39,976 bases of DNA from Opitutaceae bacterium (lineage in GTDB: Bacteria > Verrucomicrobiota > Verrucomicrobiia > Opitutales > Opitutaceae): NCBI GenBank assembly GCA_036406235.1, contig DASWVO010000207.1, positions 1 through 39,976 on the forward strand, in the 5' to 3' direction. Each line of letters begins with the position of its first letter. Position 1 is the stretch's first letter. The position numbers and the translations under genes were made by a program. Shown piece after piece: positions 8,626-18,413 of this stretch. A model generated the notes under the pieces. It saw nothing but the letters and a program-made list of their open reading frames with translations. It was not told where the DNA came from and did not search any database.

Positions 8626-10623
8626 ATGGCCCTTCCCCGCATCAAATTCATCTGGAGCGCCTCTCCAACCCTCCCGGCGCGCTGGATGCTCGGCTTGTTC
8701 GGATTGTATGACCGTGGCGCCAAGCGGCGTCGCGGCCTGGTGATCAGCCTGCGCGGCCTGCTGGCGTGGGCGGCTGCCTTGGCCGTCGTCGGCTGGTTTG
8801 CCGCCGCCAGCGCGCTTTTCCTGTGGCTCGAGCGTCGTCCGGTGAACTTCGTCTCGTGGACCGATTGCGTGCTCCTGCCGCTGCGCTGGGACGAGGTGAG
8901 CCGGAAGCGCGGCCAGGCTTACATCGCGGAAGGACAGGAGGATTTTAGGGCGCGGCGCTGGACCGAGGGCATGATGAAAGTGCGCAGCGGCCTCGCGCGC
9001 AGTCCGCGGGACTGGCCGGCGCGGCTCGAGCTGGCGCGGTTCTTTGTCTCCGCGGGCCTGCGTAACCACGCTCTCGCTACACTCGCCGACGGCCTCGACC
9101 ACGGCTATCCCGGTCGGACGTATTTGGAGAACCTGCTCGCGACGGCGATGCAGGGCGAGGACTACGACAAGGCGCTGGCCGCCTGCGAACGCGCGCTGAG
9201 CCTGGTCCGCGGCGGCACGGGCGACGCCCGGGACGAAATCTGGCTGGTGCACCAGCGTCTGCAGATCCTCCTCGCGACCGGCCGACCGGAGGAGGTGCTG
9301 GGCGACCCGGCGCTACAGGCGCCCACGGACAACCTGTTGAACGAGCTGGCGGTGGTGGCGTTCATTTCCGCAAAGCGTCCGGACGACGCGCTCGACTGGC
9401 TGCGGCGCTGGCGGGAGCGCGACGGCGCCACGGCCCAGGTGCTCCGCCTGCAGGTGCGGGCCTGCCGTGAGGCGGGCGACCGCGCCGGGATGGAGCGGGC
9501 GCTCGAAGAGCTGCGCGAGCGGGCGCCGATGGATCCGGCGGCGTACATTTATCGCGTCGTGCAACGCTCGATGGCCGGCGACGCAACGGGCGCGCGTGCG
9601 GCGCTCGATGAGTTTGTCCTGCGCTTCAGCGGCTCGGCGGAGAACATGATGAAAATCGCGGCACCGCTCGGCGAGATCGGTGACGTCGACCTGCTCCAGC
9701 GCTGCGCCGACGTCGCCACAGAGCATGGGTTTGCGGTGCGACCGTATCGCGTGCTCCTCGTGCAGGGGTTTCTCGTGCGGGGCGACTGGCCGCGGGCATC
9801 GGCGACGCTCGAGGCGATTCTGGCCGAACACACCGCGTCGCTCGCGCCGCTTGACGAGTTTTGGAATGAGCTCATGCGGCGCCTCGTGCCGGCAACCACC
9901 AGCGCAGCCGATGGCACACAACGCGCGCTGATTGAGTTTTGCCGCGATCGGCCCCTGCCTTTGCGCCTCACGAAGCTGATTTACGATGTGCTCACGCGCG
10001 CGGGCCGTTACGCGACGGCGCGGGACATCGCCGGCTTCGCGCAGCGGTTGTATCCGGGGAGCAAATCCCTGGCCGATGCGCGGGAGGCGGCCGACGAGCG
10101 CGAGCGAGCGATTCAGACCGACGTCGCCAAGGCGCGCGAAGCGAAGCTGGCCGAGGTCGCCGCGCCGGTCGTGCCGCTCGCGGAGGAGCCGCGCGTGGAT
10201 GCACCGCGCGCCGGTTCGGTCTGGGTGGACAACGAGGCCGGCTTTTTCGCGGCTCTCGAGCGCATGGCGGCGGACGCGCGCTGGAGCGAAATCGTCGACG
10301 AGGCCCGGGCGGTGCGGCGCGCGCAGCCCGGCTGGCTGATGAAACGCGACGCCGACGTGATGCGGTTCGAGATGAAGGCGCTCGCCGGGCTTGACCGCCC
10401 CCTCGAGTTGATCGTGGCCCTGCGCCTGTTTCTCGACGGCTCCAACGCCCGCAATCTCGACGCCATGGCGGTCGTGCGCATGCTCGACGAAGCCTCCCGG
10501 CGCGAAACCGCCCGACTGGCGCTTGCCGAAATCTTGAAGAAATCGCCCCAGTTCCCGCCCGCCCTGCGCCAGCAGCGCGCCTGGCAGCCCGCGCCTCCTG
10601 TCGCGGCCGACGGGGGCGGTTGA
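8626..10623 (+). CDS. hypothetical membrane-anchored TPR-like repeat protein (paralog A)
   Basis: 665 aa with a conserved N-terminal motif PRIKFIW...PARWMLGLF, one predicted TM (LLAWAAALAVVGWFAAASALFLWL), a conserved WTDCVLLPLRW...KRGQAYIAEGQEDF box, then Ala/Leu/Arg-rich helical repeats. It is clearly paralogous to the next gene along its full length. Confidence 0.7.
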   Translation: MALPRIKFIWSASPTLPARWMLGLFGLYDRGAKRRRGLVISLRGLLAWAAALAVVGWFAAASALFLWLERRPVNFVSWTDCVLLPLRWDEVSRKRGQAYIAEGQEDFRARRWTEGMMKVRSGLARSPRDWPARLELARFFVSAGLRNHALATLADGLDHGYPGRTYLENLLATAMQGEDYDKALAACERALSLVRGGTGDARDEIWLVHQRLQILLATGRPEEVLGDPALQAPTDNLLNELAVVAFISAKRPDDALDWLRRWRERDGATAQVLRLQVRACREAGDRAGMERALEELRERAPMDPAAYIYRVVQRSMAGDATGARAALDEFVLRFSGSAENMMKIAAPLGEIGDVDLLQRCADVATEHGFAVRPYRVLLVQGFLVRGDWPRASATLEAILAEHTASLAPLDEFWNELMRRLVPATTSAADGTQRALIEFCRDRPLPLRLTKLIYDVLTRAGRYATARDIAGFAQRLYPGSKSLADAREAADERERAIQTDVAKAREAKLAEVAAPVVPLAEEPRVDAPRAGSVWVDNEAGFFAALERMAADARWSEIVDEARAVRRAQPGWLMKRDADVMRFEMKALAGLDRPLELIVALRLFLDGSNARNLDAMAVVRMLDEASRRETARLALAEILKKSPQFPPALRQQRAWQPAPPVAADGGG

Positions 10624-10685
10624 CTTCACCCGCCAGCGCGCCCGGCGTGAGGCGGCGCGCCCCCTTTACCCCAATCACATCCCCA

Positions 10686-12743
10686 ATGAAATTTTCCCGC
10701 ATCACGTTCACGTGGGGCCCCCGACACGCGCAGCCGGCGCGCTGGCGTCTCGGCCTGTTCGCGGTGTACGAGCGCACGTCGGTGCGCTTTGGACTTACCG
10801 ATGCTCTGCTCATCAGCGTGCGCGGGCTGCTGCTGTGGGGACTCGTGCTGGCGATCGCGGGCTGGCTGGGGGCCGCGACGGCGCTGTCGCGCGTGCTCGC
10901 CCGCCGGCCGCACAACTCGGTGACGTGGACCGACTGCGCGCTGTTGCCGCTGCGTTGGGAGATCGTGCGCACGAAGCGCGGCCAGGCGTACATCGCCGAA
11001 GGCCTCGAAGACTTTCGGAAGAATCGCTGGCGCGACGGAGCGACGAAGCTCGCCGCCGGCCTGGCGCGCACCCCGGCGACGCGCGACGGCCGGCGCGAGC
11101 TGGCGTCTTTTTATCTCGCGGCCCGCGCCCGCCCGCGGGCGCTCACGACGCTGCTCGACGGCCTCGCCCATGGGGACTTCGACCGCGCTTATTTCGACGA
11201 CGTCGTGACTACGGCGCTGCAGGGGGATGATTTCGACCTGGCGCTGGAAGCTTGCGCACGGGCGGAGCGCCGCTGGCTCGGCGACGGCCGGACTGCCGAC
11301 GCGCGTTGGCTGATGGAGCGGCACGTAATTGTATTGGTGCGGGCAGGACGGCATGCGGATGCGTTGCGCCAGCTCGACGAATGGCAGCTGCAGACGCCGA
11401 GCGCCAACGAGGTCCGGGTTGCGGCCCTGATTGAGCTCAAGCGCTTTCCGGAGGCCGCCGCGGCCCTCGATGCCTGGGAGCAGCGCCAGGGTGAAGACGT
11501 GGGAAGTCTGCAACTGCGGGCGCATGCGTTCGCCGCGGAGGGCCGGCGCGACGAGTTGAAGCGCGTGCTCAACCGCCTGCGTTCGCGCCAGGGGGAGCAG
11601 CCGGGGTATTACGTTTTCGCCATCGGCAGGTGGCTGCAGGCCGGCGATCGCGTGGCGGCGGACCGCGGGTTCGAAGATTTCCGCCTCCGATTTGGCGGAG
11701 AGCGGCGCGCGCTGGAAGAGCTGGGCGGCGAACTCGCCAAGCGGGCTGAGGTCGAGCTGCTCGGACGCTGCATCGCCGTGGCGGCGGAACATGGCTACAC
11801 GTCGAGGGTGCTGCAGATGCATCTCTTCGACGCCGCAGTCGCGCGCGGCGACTGGAGCAAGGTGAAGGAACTGATGGCGGTGATCGAGCGGAGCCAGCCG
11901 AGCCCGACGTCGAGCCAGGACCGACGCAGCGATGAACTCGTCAAGCTGCTCGCCGCTGCCCTCACCAGCGAAGCCGAAGGCGTGCAGCGGCAGCTCGTCG
12001 AGGCCTGTCGCTCGCACACGCTGCCCCTGCCGATGATCAAGTTCATGCATGCCGCGCTGCTTCGCGCCGGACGTTACGCGACGGCACGCGATCTCGTGGA
12101 TTTCGCGACGCTGGCGTATCCGGGCAGCCGGGCGTTGACCGAAGCCCGGGCGACGGCCGCGGCCCGCGCAGACGAAGTCGCCAGCCGGGTTGCGCAGAGC
12201 CGGGCCGAGGAAGTGGCGGCCTTTGCCGCGGCGAGTGCCGCCGCCCGCACCGAAAGAGGGGAGGCATCCGCCCCGGGCGTGGTCGTGGCGCCGGCTCGCG
12301 AGGAGGAGTTTTTCGACGCGTTGGACGCAGCGAGGGCGGAGGCGGATTGGTCCCTCGTTCTGAGCCTGATCACCAGCAGCCGCCATCAACGCCCGGCGTG
12401 GCTGCCGGAACGCACGGTGGAAGTCTCGCGGCTCGAGATCCTGGCCCGACGGCAGCGGGGCGACGCCCTCGAACTGGTGGCGGCGGTGCGTTCCTTTCTT
12501 AATGGCGCGCGGGAGCGTAGTGAAGAAATCCTTACGCTCGCCCGGGAGATCGACAGCGCGGGCGATCGGAGTCTTGCGCGTGCCGTCGTCCTGGAAGTCG
12601 CGAAGAAGGCCCCCGATTTTCCGGAGGCAAACGAGCTCTTGAAAACCTGGGCGCCGGCCACGCCCGACGCGCCGGCCGATCGGAAGAGCCTGCCCGGCGA
12701 GGCGGCCGCCAGCCGCGAAATTGACTCCGCGAAGAAGGGATGA
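10686..12743 (+). CDS. hypothetical membrane-anchored TPR-like repeat protein (paralog B)
   Basis: Start MKFSRITFTWGPRHAQPARWRLGLF aligns with paralog A's N-terminus. It shares the WTDCALLPLRW...KRGQAYIAEGLEDF box and the C-terminal blocks (LYPGS.., ..RSFLNGA...). The stop TGA 12741-12743 overlaps the next gene's ATG. Confidence 0.7.
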   Translation: MKFSRITFTWGPRHAQPARWRLGLFAVYERTSVRFGLTDALLISVRGLLLWGLVLAIAGWLGAATALSRVLARRPHNSVTWTDCALLPLRWEIVRTKRGQAYIAEGLEDFRKNRWRDGATKLAAGLARTPATRDGRRELASFYLAARARPRALTTLLDGLAHGDFDRAYFDDVVTTALQGDDFDLALEACARAERRWLGDGRTADARWLMERHVIVLVRAGRHADALRQLDEWQLQTPSANEVRVAALIELKRFPEAAAALDAWEQRQGEDVGSLQLRAHAFAAEGRRDELKRVLNRLRSRQGEQPGYYVFAIGRWLQAGDRVAADRGFEDFRLRFGGERRALEELGGELAKRAEVELLGRCIAVAAEHGYTSRVLQMHLFDAAVARGDWSKVKELMAVIERSQPSPTSSQDRRSDELVKLLAAALTSEAEGVQRQLVEACRSHTLPLPMIKFMHAALLRAGRYATARDLVDFATLAYPGSRALTEARATAAARADEVASRVAQSRAEEVAAFAAASAAARTERGEASAPGVVVAPAREEEFFDALDAARAEADWSLVLSLITSSRHQRPAWLPERTVEVSRLEILARRQRGDALELVAAVRSFLNGARERSEEILTLAREIDSAGDRSLARAVVLEVAKKAPDFPEANELLKTWAPATPDAPADRKSLPGEAAASREIDSAKKG

Positions 12744-13786
12744 ACGGTGGCGGTATGACCGCCCGACCGGAAAGTCCCGCGACGACCCCTGTGCACCCCG
12801 TGCTGGCGATCATCGAGGCGCCGAGCCCGCTGGGTTTGCGGCCGCCTGCGCCAAGCCGCGTGCCCGGGGTGCGCTTCATGCCGCAGGTGTTGCGCGCCGC
12901 GGGCTTGTGGACGCACGTGCCTCGCGCGCTTTTTGCATCGCTGCCGGAGCCGGACTACCAGCCGGAGGTCGATCCCTCGACCGGAGTACGCAACCTGCCG
13001 GAGTTGGAGCGGTTCACCCGCGACCTCAGCCGGGTGGTGAGCGCCGCCCTCGAGGCGAACAGCCGGCCGATTGTGATTGGCGGCGATTGCAGCGTGCTGC
13101 TGGGGGCCGCGCTGGCGCTCGCGCGTCGCGGACGCCATCGGCTCGTCCATGTCGATGGACACAGTGACTTCGCGCATGAGGGCAACATGGGCCGTCTGTA
13201 TCCGAATGTCGCCGGGGCGGCGCTCGCGATCGTCACGGGACGGGGACCGGCGGCGTTGACCTCGATCGACGGACGCGGACCGTATTTCCGCGACGACGAC
13301 GTGCTGCAGCTCGGCGCGAAAGCCGAGCCGGGCACGCCGGACTGGCTCGAGGATTTCGCGCGGACGACGATCGAGCGGGTGCCTTCGGCCTGGGTCAATG
13401 CGCACGGCGCTGTCGCGGCCCTCGAGCGCGTTGCGCGCTGGCTCGCGCGCGGGCCGGCCGGAAAATTCTGGCTGCACGTGGATGTCGACGTGCTCGCGCC
13501 GGCGCTGCTGCCTGCCGTCGATTCGCCGGACGAGGGCGGGATCGACTGGGCGGCGTTTGAGACGATCCTCGGCGGCCTGGTGTCGCGGCCGGAGTTTATC
13601 GGTGCGAACATCGGCATCTACGATCCCGAGCTCGATCCCGATCGACGCTACGCGCGGCAGTTGGTGGAGGTGCTGGCGCGAGTGCTGGGCCTGGGAACGC
13701 GAGGGGCTGGCCCGGGTCCTTATGGAACGAGCCTTTGGCCCTCGGGTCACGACCTGCCCGACAGCGCCAACGGCGCGACCTCATAG
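12740..13786 (+). CDS. arginase/agmatinase/formiminoglutamase-family (ureohydrolase fold) protein
   Basis: Arginase-fold motifs IVIGGDCSV (variant of GGDHS), HVDGHSDF (DxHxD) and LHVDVDVLAP...AVDSPDEGGI (DxD...GG). The ATG at 12740 overlaps the upstream stop (ATGA); an alternative ATG lies at 12755. Confidence 0.75.
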   Translation: MNGGGMTARPESPATTPVHPVLAIIEAPSPLGLRPPAPSRVPGVRFMPQVLRAAGLWTHVPRALFASLPEPDYQPEVDPSTGVRNLPELERFTRDLSRVVSAALEANSRPIVIGGDCSVLLGAALALARRGRHRLVHVDGHSDFAHEGNMGRLYPNVAGAALAIVTGRGPAALTSIDGRGPYFRDDDVLQLGAKAEPGTPDWLEDFARTTIERVPSAWVNAHGAVAALERVARWLARGPAGKFWLHVDVDVLAPALLPAVDSPDEGGIDWAAFETILGGLVSRPEFIGANIGIYDPELDPDRRYARQLVEVLARVLGLGTRGAGPGPYGTSLWPSGHDLPDSANGATS

Positions 13787-13900
13787 TAGCCTGGCCAGCG
13801 GCCCAGGAATTCCGACGAGGTGGGTCCGAGGGCTGAAAGCCCGATTCATCTACGCCGTCAGTCCCTTTGAACGCGGACCGGCGGCCCGCGCGCAGGGGCC

Positions 13901-16081
13901 TCACAGAATCAAATCTGACGGCACGTTGGCGAGGGACTCCTCGATCGTGGTCACGCCTTCCTTCACCTTAAGCATCGAATCCTGGTGGAGCGTCTTCATG
14001 CCGGTCTTCATCGCGACGCGCTTCAGGACGGCGACCTCGGCTTCCTTGTTGATGGCCTCGGTGAGCTCGTCGCTGTTCGTCATGAGCTCGTGGATACCGA
14101 CGCGACCCTTGTACCCGGTGCCGTTGCACATCGGGCAGCCCTGGGAATTCGCGCGGAAGATCGGGCCGCTCCAGCCGAGCGCCTTCTCGAGAATTTCTTT
14201 TTCGCGGCCGGCGGGATCGTAGGGCTGTTTGCAGTTCTTGCACACGCGGCGGAGGAGGCGCTGGGCGCACACGCAGACGAGCGAGGCGGAGATGTTGAAG
14301 GGCTCGATGCCCATTTCGCCGAGACGGGCGACGGTCGAGGGCGCGTCGTTGGTGTGGAGGGTGGAGACGAGCAGGTGGCCGGTGAGCGCGGCTTCAACGG
14401 CGATGCCGGCGGTTTCCTCGTCGCGGATTTCGCCGACGAGAATCACGTCCGGGTCCATGCGCAGGTAGCAGCGGAGCGCACGGGCGAACGTGAGCCCGAT
14501 CTGCCGGTTCATCTGCATCTGGTTCAGGCCGGGAAGAGTGTACTCGATCGGGTCCTCCGCCGTCTGGATGTTCATGTCGGGCGTGTTCACCTCGGCGAGG
14601 GCGGAGTAGAGGGTCATCGACTTGCCCGAACCGGTGGGCCCGCAATGCAGGATCATGCCGTAGGGCTGGCGGATGCACTCGCGGTACTTGGCGAGATTTT
14701 CCGCGGAGAAACCGAGCGCGGGCAGGGGCAGGGTGGTCTTCTGCTTGTCGAGGATGCGCATGACCACCTTCTCGCCGAAATTCATCGGGCCAGTCGCGAC
14801 GCGCAGGTCGATGTCGATGTTCTTCTTTGTATATTTTTTGAAGACGATCCGCCCATCCTGCGGCAACCGGCGCTCGGCGATGTCGAGGTTGCACATGATC
14901 TTGAGGCGGGTGACGAGCGCGTTGGTCACCTGCTTCGGCAGGCGCAGCTTCTCCTGGCAGAGGCCGTCGATGCGGTAGCGCACGAGCAGGTCCTTTTCCA
15001 TCGGCTCGATGTGGATGTCCGACGCGCCGCAGATGTAGGCGTCCTCGATGATGCGATTGGCGAGCTGCACGATCGGCGCGGATTCCTCGCTCTCGAGGTC
15101 GGCGGCGCTGACCTCGCCGTGCGCGTCGGCGGTGTAGGCGGTGCTGATGACCTCCGCGACCGACGAGATGTCGACGTCGCCGCCATCGACGCCTTTGCGC
15201 GCGTCGGTCTTGAACAACTTTCTGAGGAGCACGTCGGTCAGCGTCGCGGGCGCGACCTTGATCTCCTCGATGACGAGCTCGGTCGTCTGCTGAAAGGCCT
15301 CGCGCTTAGCGTAGTCGAGCGGGTTGGCCATGAGCACGGCAACGGAGTTCGGCGAAAGCCGCCGGTGCGGGAAGACGCCCTCGCGCCGGATGACGGCTTC
15401 GCCCACGACCTCGACGAGCTTTTCGTCGATCTCGATCTCCTCGGCGCGCGTGACCAGCGGATGCTCGGTGAGTCGGGAGATGAACTTGGCGGTGTCCTCC
15501 GCGCCGAGCTGGAATTTCGGATCCAGCATGCGCTGAATGAGCGTCGCGGAGTACTCGGCGACCTCCTTGAGCAGGGCGAGGTCCTTGTCGGTGAACTCTC
15601 CGTCGGTGCCGGCATAGGGCTCCTTGTTGAGCACCTGTATTGCTCCGAGCACGACATTGACCTTGAGCGGCACGGTGAGCATCGAGCGCACCTCGAAGCC
15701 CGTGTTCATGTTCTTCAGCGAGGCGGCGTCGGGGCCATTCGCCTTGAAAAACAACGGCTCGCCGCTCGCGATGACGCTGCCGACGTTGCCGGTGCCGAGC
15801 GGCAGCTTAAGCGACAGGAGCGTGGCCGCGCTTTCCTTGAACTGTTTTTCCCGGGCGGTATCGCCCGCCCAGAGGGTGGGAGAATAGTAGACGTGCTTGA
15901 AGGCGATGTCGTTGCCCTCGACGAGGTAGAGCGTCATCGACTGCGCCTGGAGTGCTTCGACGACCTTGGAGGCGGTGAGCTCGATCACCGAGCTGACGTC
16001 CTCTTTGCTCGGGGCGGGCTTCGAGATGACCTTGATGAGCAGGGACCGGCGGAGGGTACTGGCGACGGAGGGAGCGGCCAT
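13901..16081 (-). CDS. GspE/PilB-family secretion ATPase with N-terminal GAF domain and T2SSE_N domain
   Basis: Walker [14 protein letters not shown], Asp box, Walker [10 protein letters not shown], His box LVSTLHTND, and a tetracysteine CKNC...CPMC zinc motif. The N-terminal ~170 aa is GAF-like, followed by a GSPII_E N-terminal-like segment. No T2SS/T4P partner genes are nearby. Confidence 0.9.
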   Translation of the reverse strand: MAAPSVASTLRRSLLIKVISKPAPSKEDVSSVIELTASKVVEALQAQSMTLYLVEGNDIAFKHVYYSPTLWAGDTAREKQFKESAATLLSLKLPLGTGNVGSVIASGEPLFFKANGPDAASLKNMNTGFEVRSMLTVPLKVNVVLGAIQVLNKEPYAGTDGEFTDKDLALLKEVAEYSATLIQRMLDPKFQLGAEDTAKFISRLTEHPLVTRAEEIEIDEKLVEVVGEAVIRREGVFPHRRLSPNSVAVLMANPLDYAKREAFQQTTELVIEEIKVAPATLTDVLLRKLFKTDARKGVDGGDVDISSVAEVISTAYTADAHGEVSAADLESEESAPIVQLANRIIEDAYICGASDIHIEPMEKDLLVRYRIDGLCQEKLRLPKQVTNALVTRLKIMCNLDIAERRLPQDGRIVFKKYTKKNIDIDLRVATGPMNFGEKVVMRILDKQKTTLPLPALGFSAENLAKYRECIRQPYGMILHCGPTGSGKSMTLYSALAEVNTPDMNIQTAEDPIEYTLPGLNQMQMNRQIGLTFARALRCYLRMDPDVILVGEIRDEETAGIAVEAALTGHLLVSTLHTNDAPSTVARLGEMGIEPFNISASLVCVCAQRLLRRVCKNCKQPYDPAGREKEILEKALGWSGPIFRANSQGCPMCNGTGYKGRVGIHELMTNSDELTEAINKEAEVAVLKRVAMKTGMKTLHQDSMLKVKEGVTTIEESLANVPSDLIL

Positions 16082-16108
16082 GATTGGGGCTGGAGGCGAT
16101 TTTCACTC

Positions 16109-16150
16109 CGGGATTGTCACCGGGGAGCAGGTGTCGCAATGACAATCCCG
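16109..16150. promoter_or_regulatory. near-perfect inverted repeat CGGGATTGTCA-N20-TGACAATCCCG in the divergent promoter region between the GAF-GspE gene and the yraN-like gene
   Basis: Read directly from the sequence: arms at 16109-16119 and 16140-16150 match at 11 of 12 positions. It lies 30-70 bp from both divergent start codons. Confidence 0.35.
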
Positions 16151-16182
16151 TGCTGCGACCGGCCTGGCGGCGCGGCGCCAAC

Positions 16183-16644
16183 ATGTGGGTCTGGTTCAAC
16201 AAACTCTTTCGCAAGGGGCGGCGCGTGGCCGGCTACTCGGCGGCGACGGAGCGCGGCGCCGGCGGCGAACGCACGGCGGCGGCCTGGCTCGAGCGCGAAC
16301 GCGGATTCCGCACCCTCGCCCGCAACTGGCGCAATCCCCACGACGAGCGCGAGGAGCTCGACCTCGTTTGCCGCGACGCCGAGGTGCTGGTTTTCGTCGA
16401 AGTGAAGACCCGCGCGCCGGGCGCGCTCGTCTCCGGCTATCACGCGGTGAACCAGCGCAAGCGCGACGTCCTGCGCCGCGCGGCGCTCGCGTATCTGCGC
16501 CGGCTGCCGCTGGCCTCGCGCCCGCGGACGTTTCGCTTCGACATCGTCGAAGTGGAATCGGCCCTCGCACCGGCGGCGCTCGCGGCCGTCACCGTGCGCC
16601 ACTTCGAGAACGTGCCGCTCTTCCGCAAGCATGACCGGCCTTGA
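16183..16644 (+). CDS. YraN-family (UPF0102) predicted endonuclease
   Basis: GERTAAAWLERERGFRTLARNWRNPHDEREELDLVCRDAEVLVFVEVKTR....RFDIVEV matches the UPF0102/YraN pattern. ATG at 16183; the track ORF begins at an upstream non-ATG codon. Confidence 0.7.
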   Translation: MWVWFNKLFRKGRRVAGYSAATERGAGGERTAAAWLERERGFRTLARNWRNPHDEREELDLVCRDAEVLVFVEVKTRAPGALVSGYHAVNQRKRDVLRRAALAYLRRLPLASRPRTFRFDIVEVESALAPAALAAVTVRHFENVPLFRKHDRP

Positions 16645-16729
16645 TCGTCAGGATGAACAAGGCTGCTCAACGGGAAGCATTTCCGGCCTTGCTTCGCGCC
16701 GGGGCCGAACCGAAAGATGAAGCCCTGTC

Positions 16730-18268
16730 ATGGCCGACACACACCGTCATCCATTCCTGCAGGGACTCAGCAAGCATCGCGGTACGCCTCCCACCGTCGT
16801 CGTGATCTTCGGCGCCTCCGGTGACCTGACTGCACGAAAGCTCATCCCGGCGATTTACAACCTGAGCTGCGACAACCTGCTGCCGGCGGATTTCTTCCTC
16901 GTCGGCTACGGGCGCAAGCCGATTCCCGATGAGGAATTCCGCAACCTGGCGACCGAGGCGATCAAGGAGTTTTCCCGTCGCGAGCTGAATCAGGACGTGT
17001 GGAGCCGGGTGGCCCGCAACACGAGCTACGTGGCCGGCGGCTATGACGAGAAGCCCGCCTTCGACCGGCTCGCCGCGCACATCGCGGAGATCGAGAAAAA
17101 GATCGGCCGCGAGGTGCAGACGTTGTTCTACGTTTCGACGCCGCCGTCGGTCTTCGCACCCATTCTCCTCAACCTCGGCGCGAGCGGACTCGCCGCGAAG
17201 TACCGCGGCCAGTTGCTTCATTCGAAGGTCATCATCGAAAAGCCGTTCGGCAAGGATCTCGAGTCGGCGCGCGAACTCAACCGCACGATCACGAGCGTCT
17301 TCGAGGAGAACCAGGTGTATCGAATCGACCACTACCTCGGCAAGGAGACGGTGCAGGACCTGCTGGTGCAGCGTTTCAGCAACGCGATCTTCGAGCCGTT
17401 GTGGAACCGCAACTTCATCGACCACGTGCAGATCACGGTGTCGGAGGAGGTCGGCGTCGGCTCCCGCGGCGGCTATTACGAGCAGAGCGGCTGCCTGCGC
17501 GACATGATCCAGAATCACACGATGCAGTTGCTCGCGCTCACCGCGATGGAGCCGCCCGTGTCGCTCGACGCCGAGGCCGTGCGCGACGAAAAGGTCAAGG
17601 TGTTGAAGGCCATCCAGCCGCTCAATCTCGGGCCGGAAGGCGACGTGGCGCGGGCGCAATACGCCTCGGGCATGATCGGCGGCAAGCAGGTGAAGGGCTA
17701 TCTGGAGGAGGAGGGCATCGCGCCGAAGTCGGGCACGGAGACCTACGCGGGGATTCGTCTCTCGATCAACAACTGGCGCTGGCAGGGCGTCCCGTTTTAC
17801 CTGCGTTCGGGCAAGCGCATGGCCCGCCGCGTGACCGAGATTGCCGTGCAATTCAAGCGCCCGCCCGGCACGCTCTTCGCCGAAGGCGGCCGGTTCGACC
17901 TCGCTCCCAATACGCTGTCGTTCCAGATCCAGCCCGACGAGGGACTCAGCCTCATTCTCAACGGCAAGATCCCCGGCCTCGAGACGCGCACGCAGCCGGT
18001 GAAGATGAATTTCCGCTACAGCACGACCTTCGGGTCGAACACGCCGGAGGCCTACGAGCGCCTCGTCCTCGACGCGATGATCGGGGACGGCACGCTCTTC
18101 ATCCGCGGCGACGAAGCGGAGACCTCCTGGCGCCTCTACACGCCCGTGCTCGAGGCGTGGGCGACCGCCGGTCGCGAAGGCATGGACAGCTATGCCTCCG
18201 GCTCTTGGGGGCCCGCAAGTGGCGACGCGCTGCTCGCGAAAAACAGTCACGTCTGGCGCCAACCCTGA
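16730..18268 (+). CDS. zwf: glucose-6-phosphate 1-dehydrogenase
   Basis: VVIFGASGDLTARKLIPAIYNL NADP-binding motif, the RIDHYLGKE active-site motif, and the QNHTMQLLAL segment. Confidence 0.95.
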   Translation: MADTHRHPFLQGLSKHRGTPPTVVVIFGASGDLTARKLIPAIYNLSCDNLLPADFFLVGYGRKPIPDEEFRNLATEAIKEFSRRELNQDVWSRVARNTSYVAGGYDEKPAFDRLAAHIAEIEKKIGREVQTLFYVSTPPSVFAPILLNLGASGLAAKYRGQLLHSKVIIEKPFGKDLESARELNRTITSVFEENQVYRIDHYLGKETVQDLLVQRFSNAIFEPLWNRNFIDHVQITVSEEVGVGSRGGYYEQSGCLRDMIQNHTMQLLALTAMEPPVSLDAEAVRDEKVKVLKAIQPLNLGPEGDVARAQYASGMIGGKQVKGYLEEEGIAPKSGTETYAGIRLSINNWRWQGVPFYLRSGKRMARRVTEIAVQFKRPPGTLFAEGGRFDLAPNTLSFQIQPDEGLSLILNGKIPGLETRTQPVKMNFRYSTTFGSNTPEAYERLVLDAMIGDGTLFIRGDEAETSWRLYTPVLEAWATAGREGMDSYASGSWGPASGDALLAKNSHVWRQP

Positions 18269-18413
18269 CCGCGCCGCCGCGGCGCGGAAACCCGAATGAC
18301 GAAGCTCGAAATCCGAAACCCCCGGACTTGCTCATTTGACCTTGTTTCGGATTGGCAAACCGTCGGCCTGCGGCCTCGGTACGAAATTCGAGTTTCGAAT
18401 TTGAATCTTTAGC

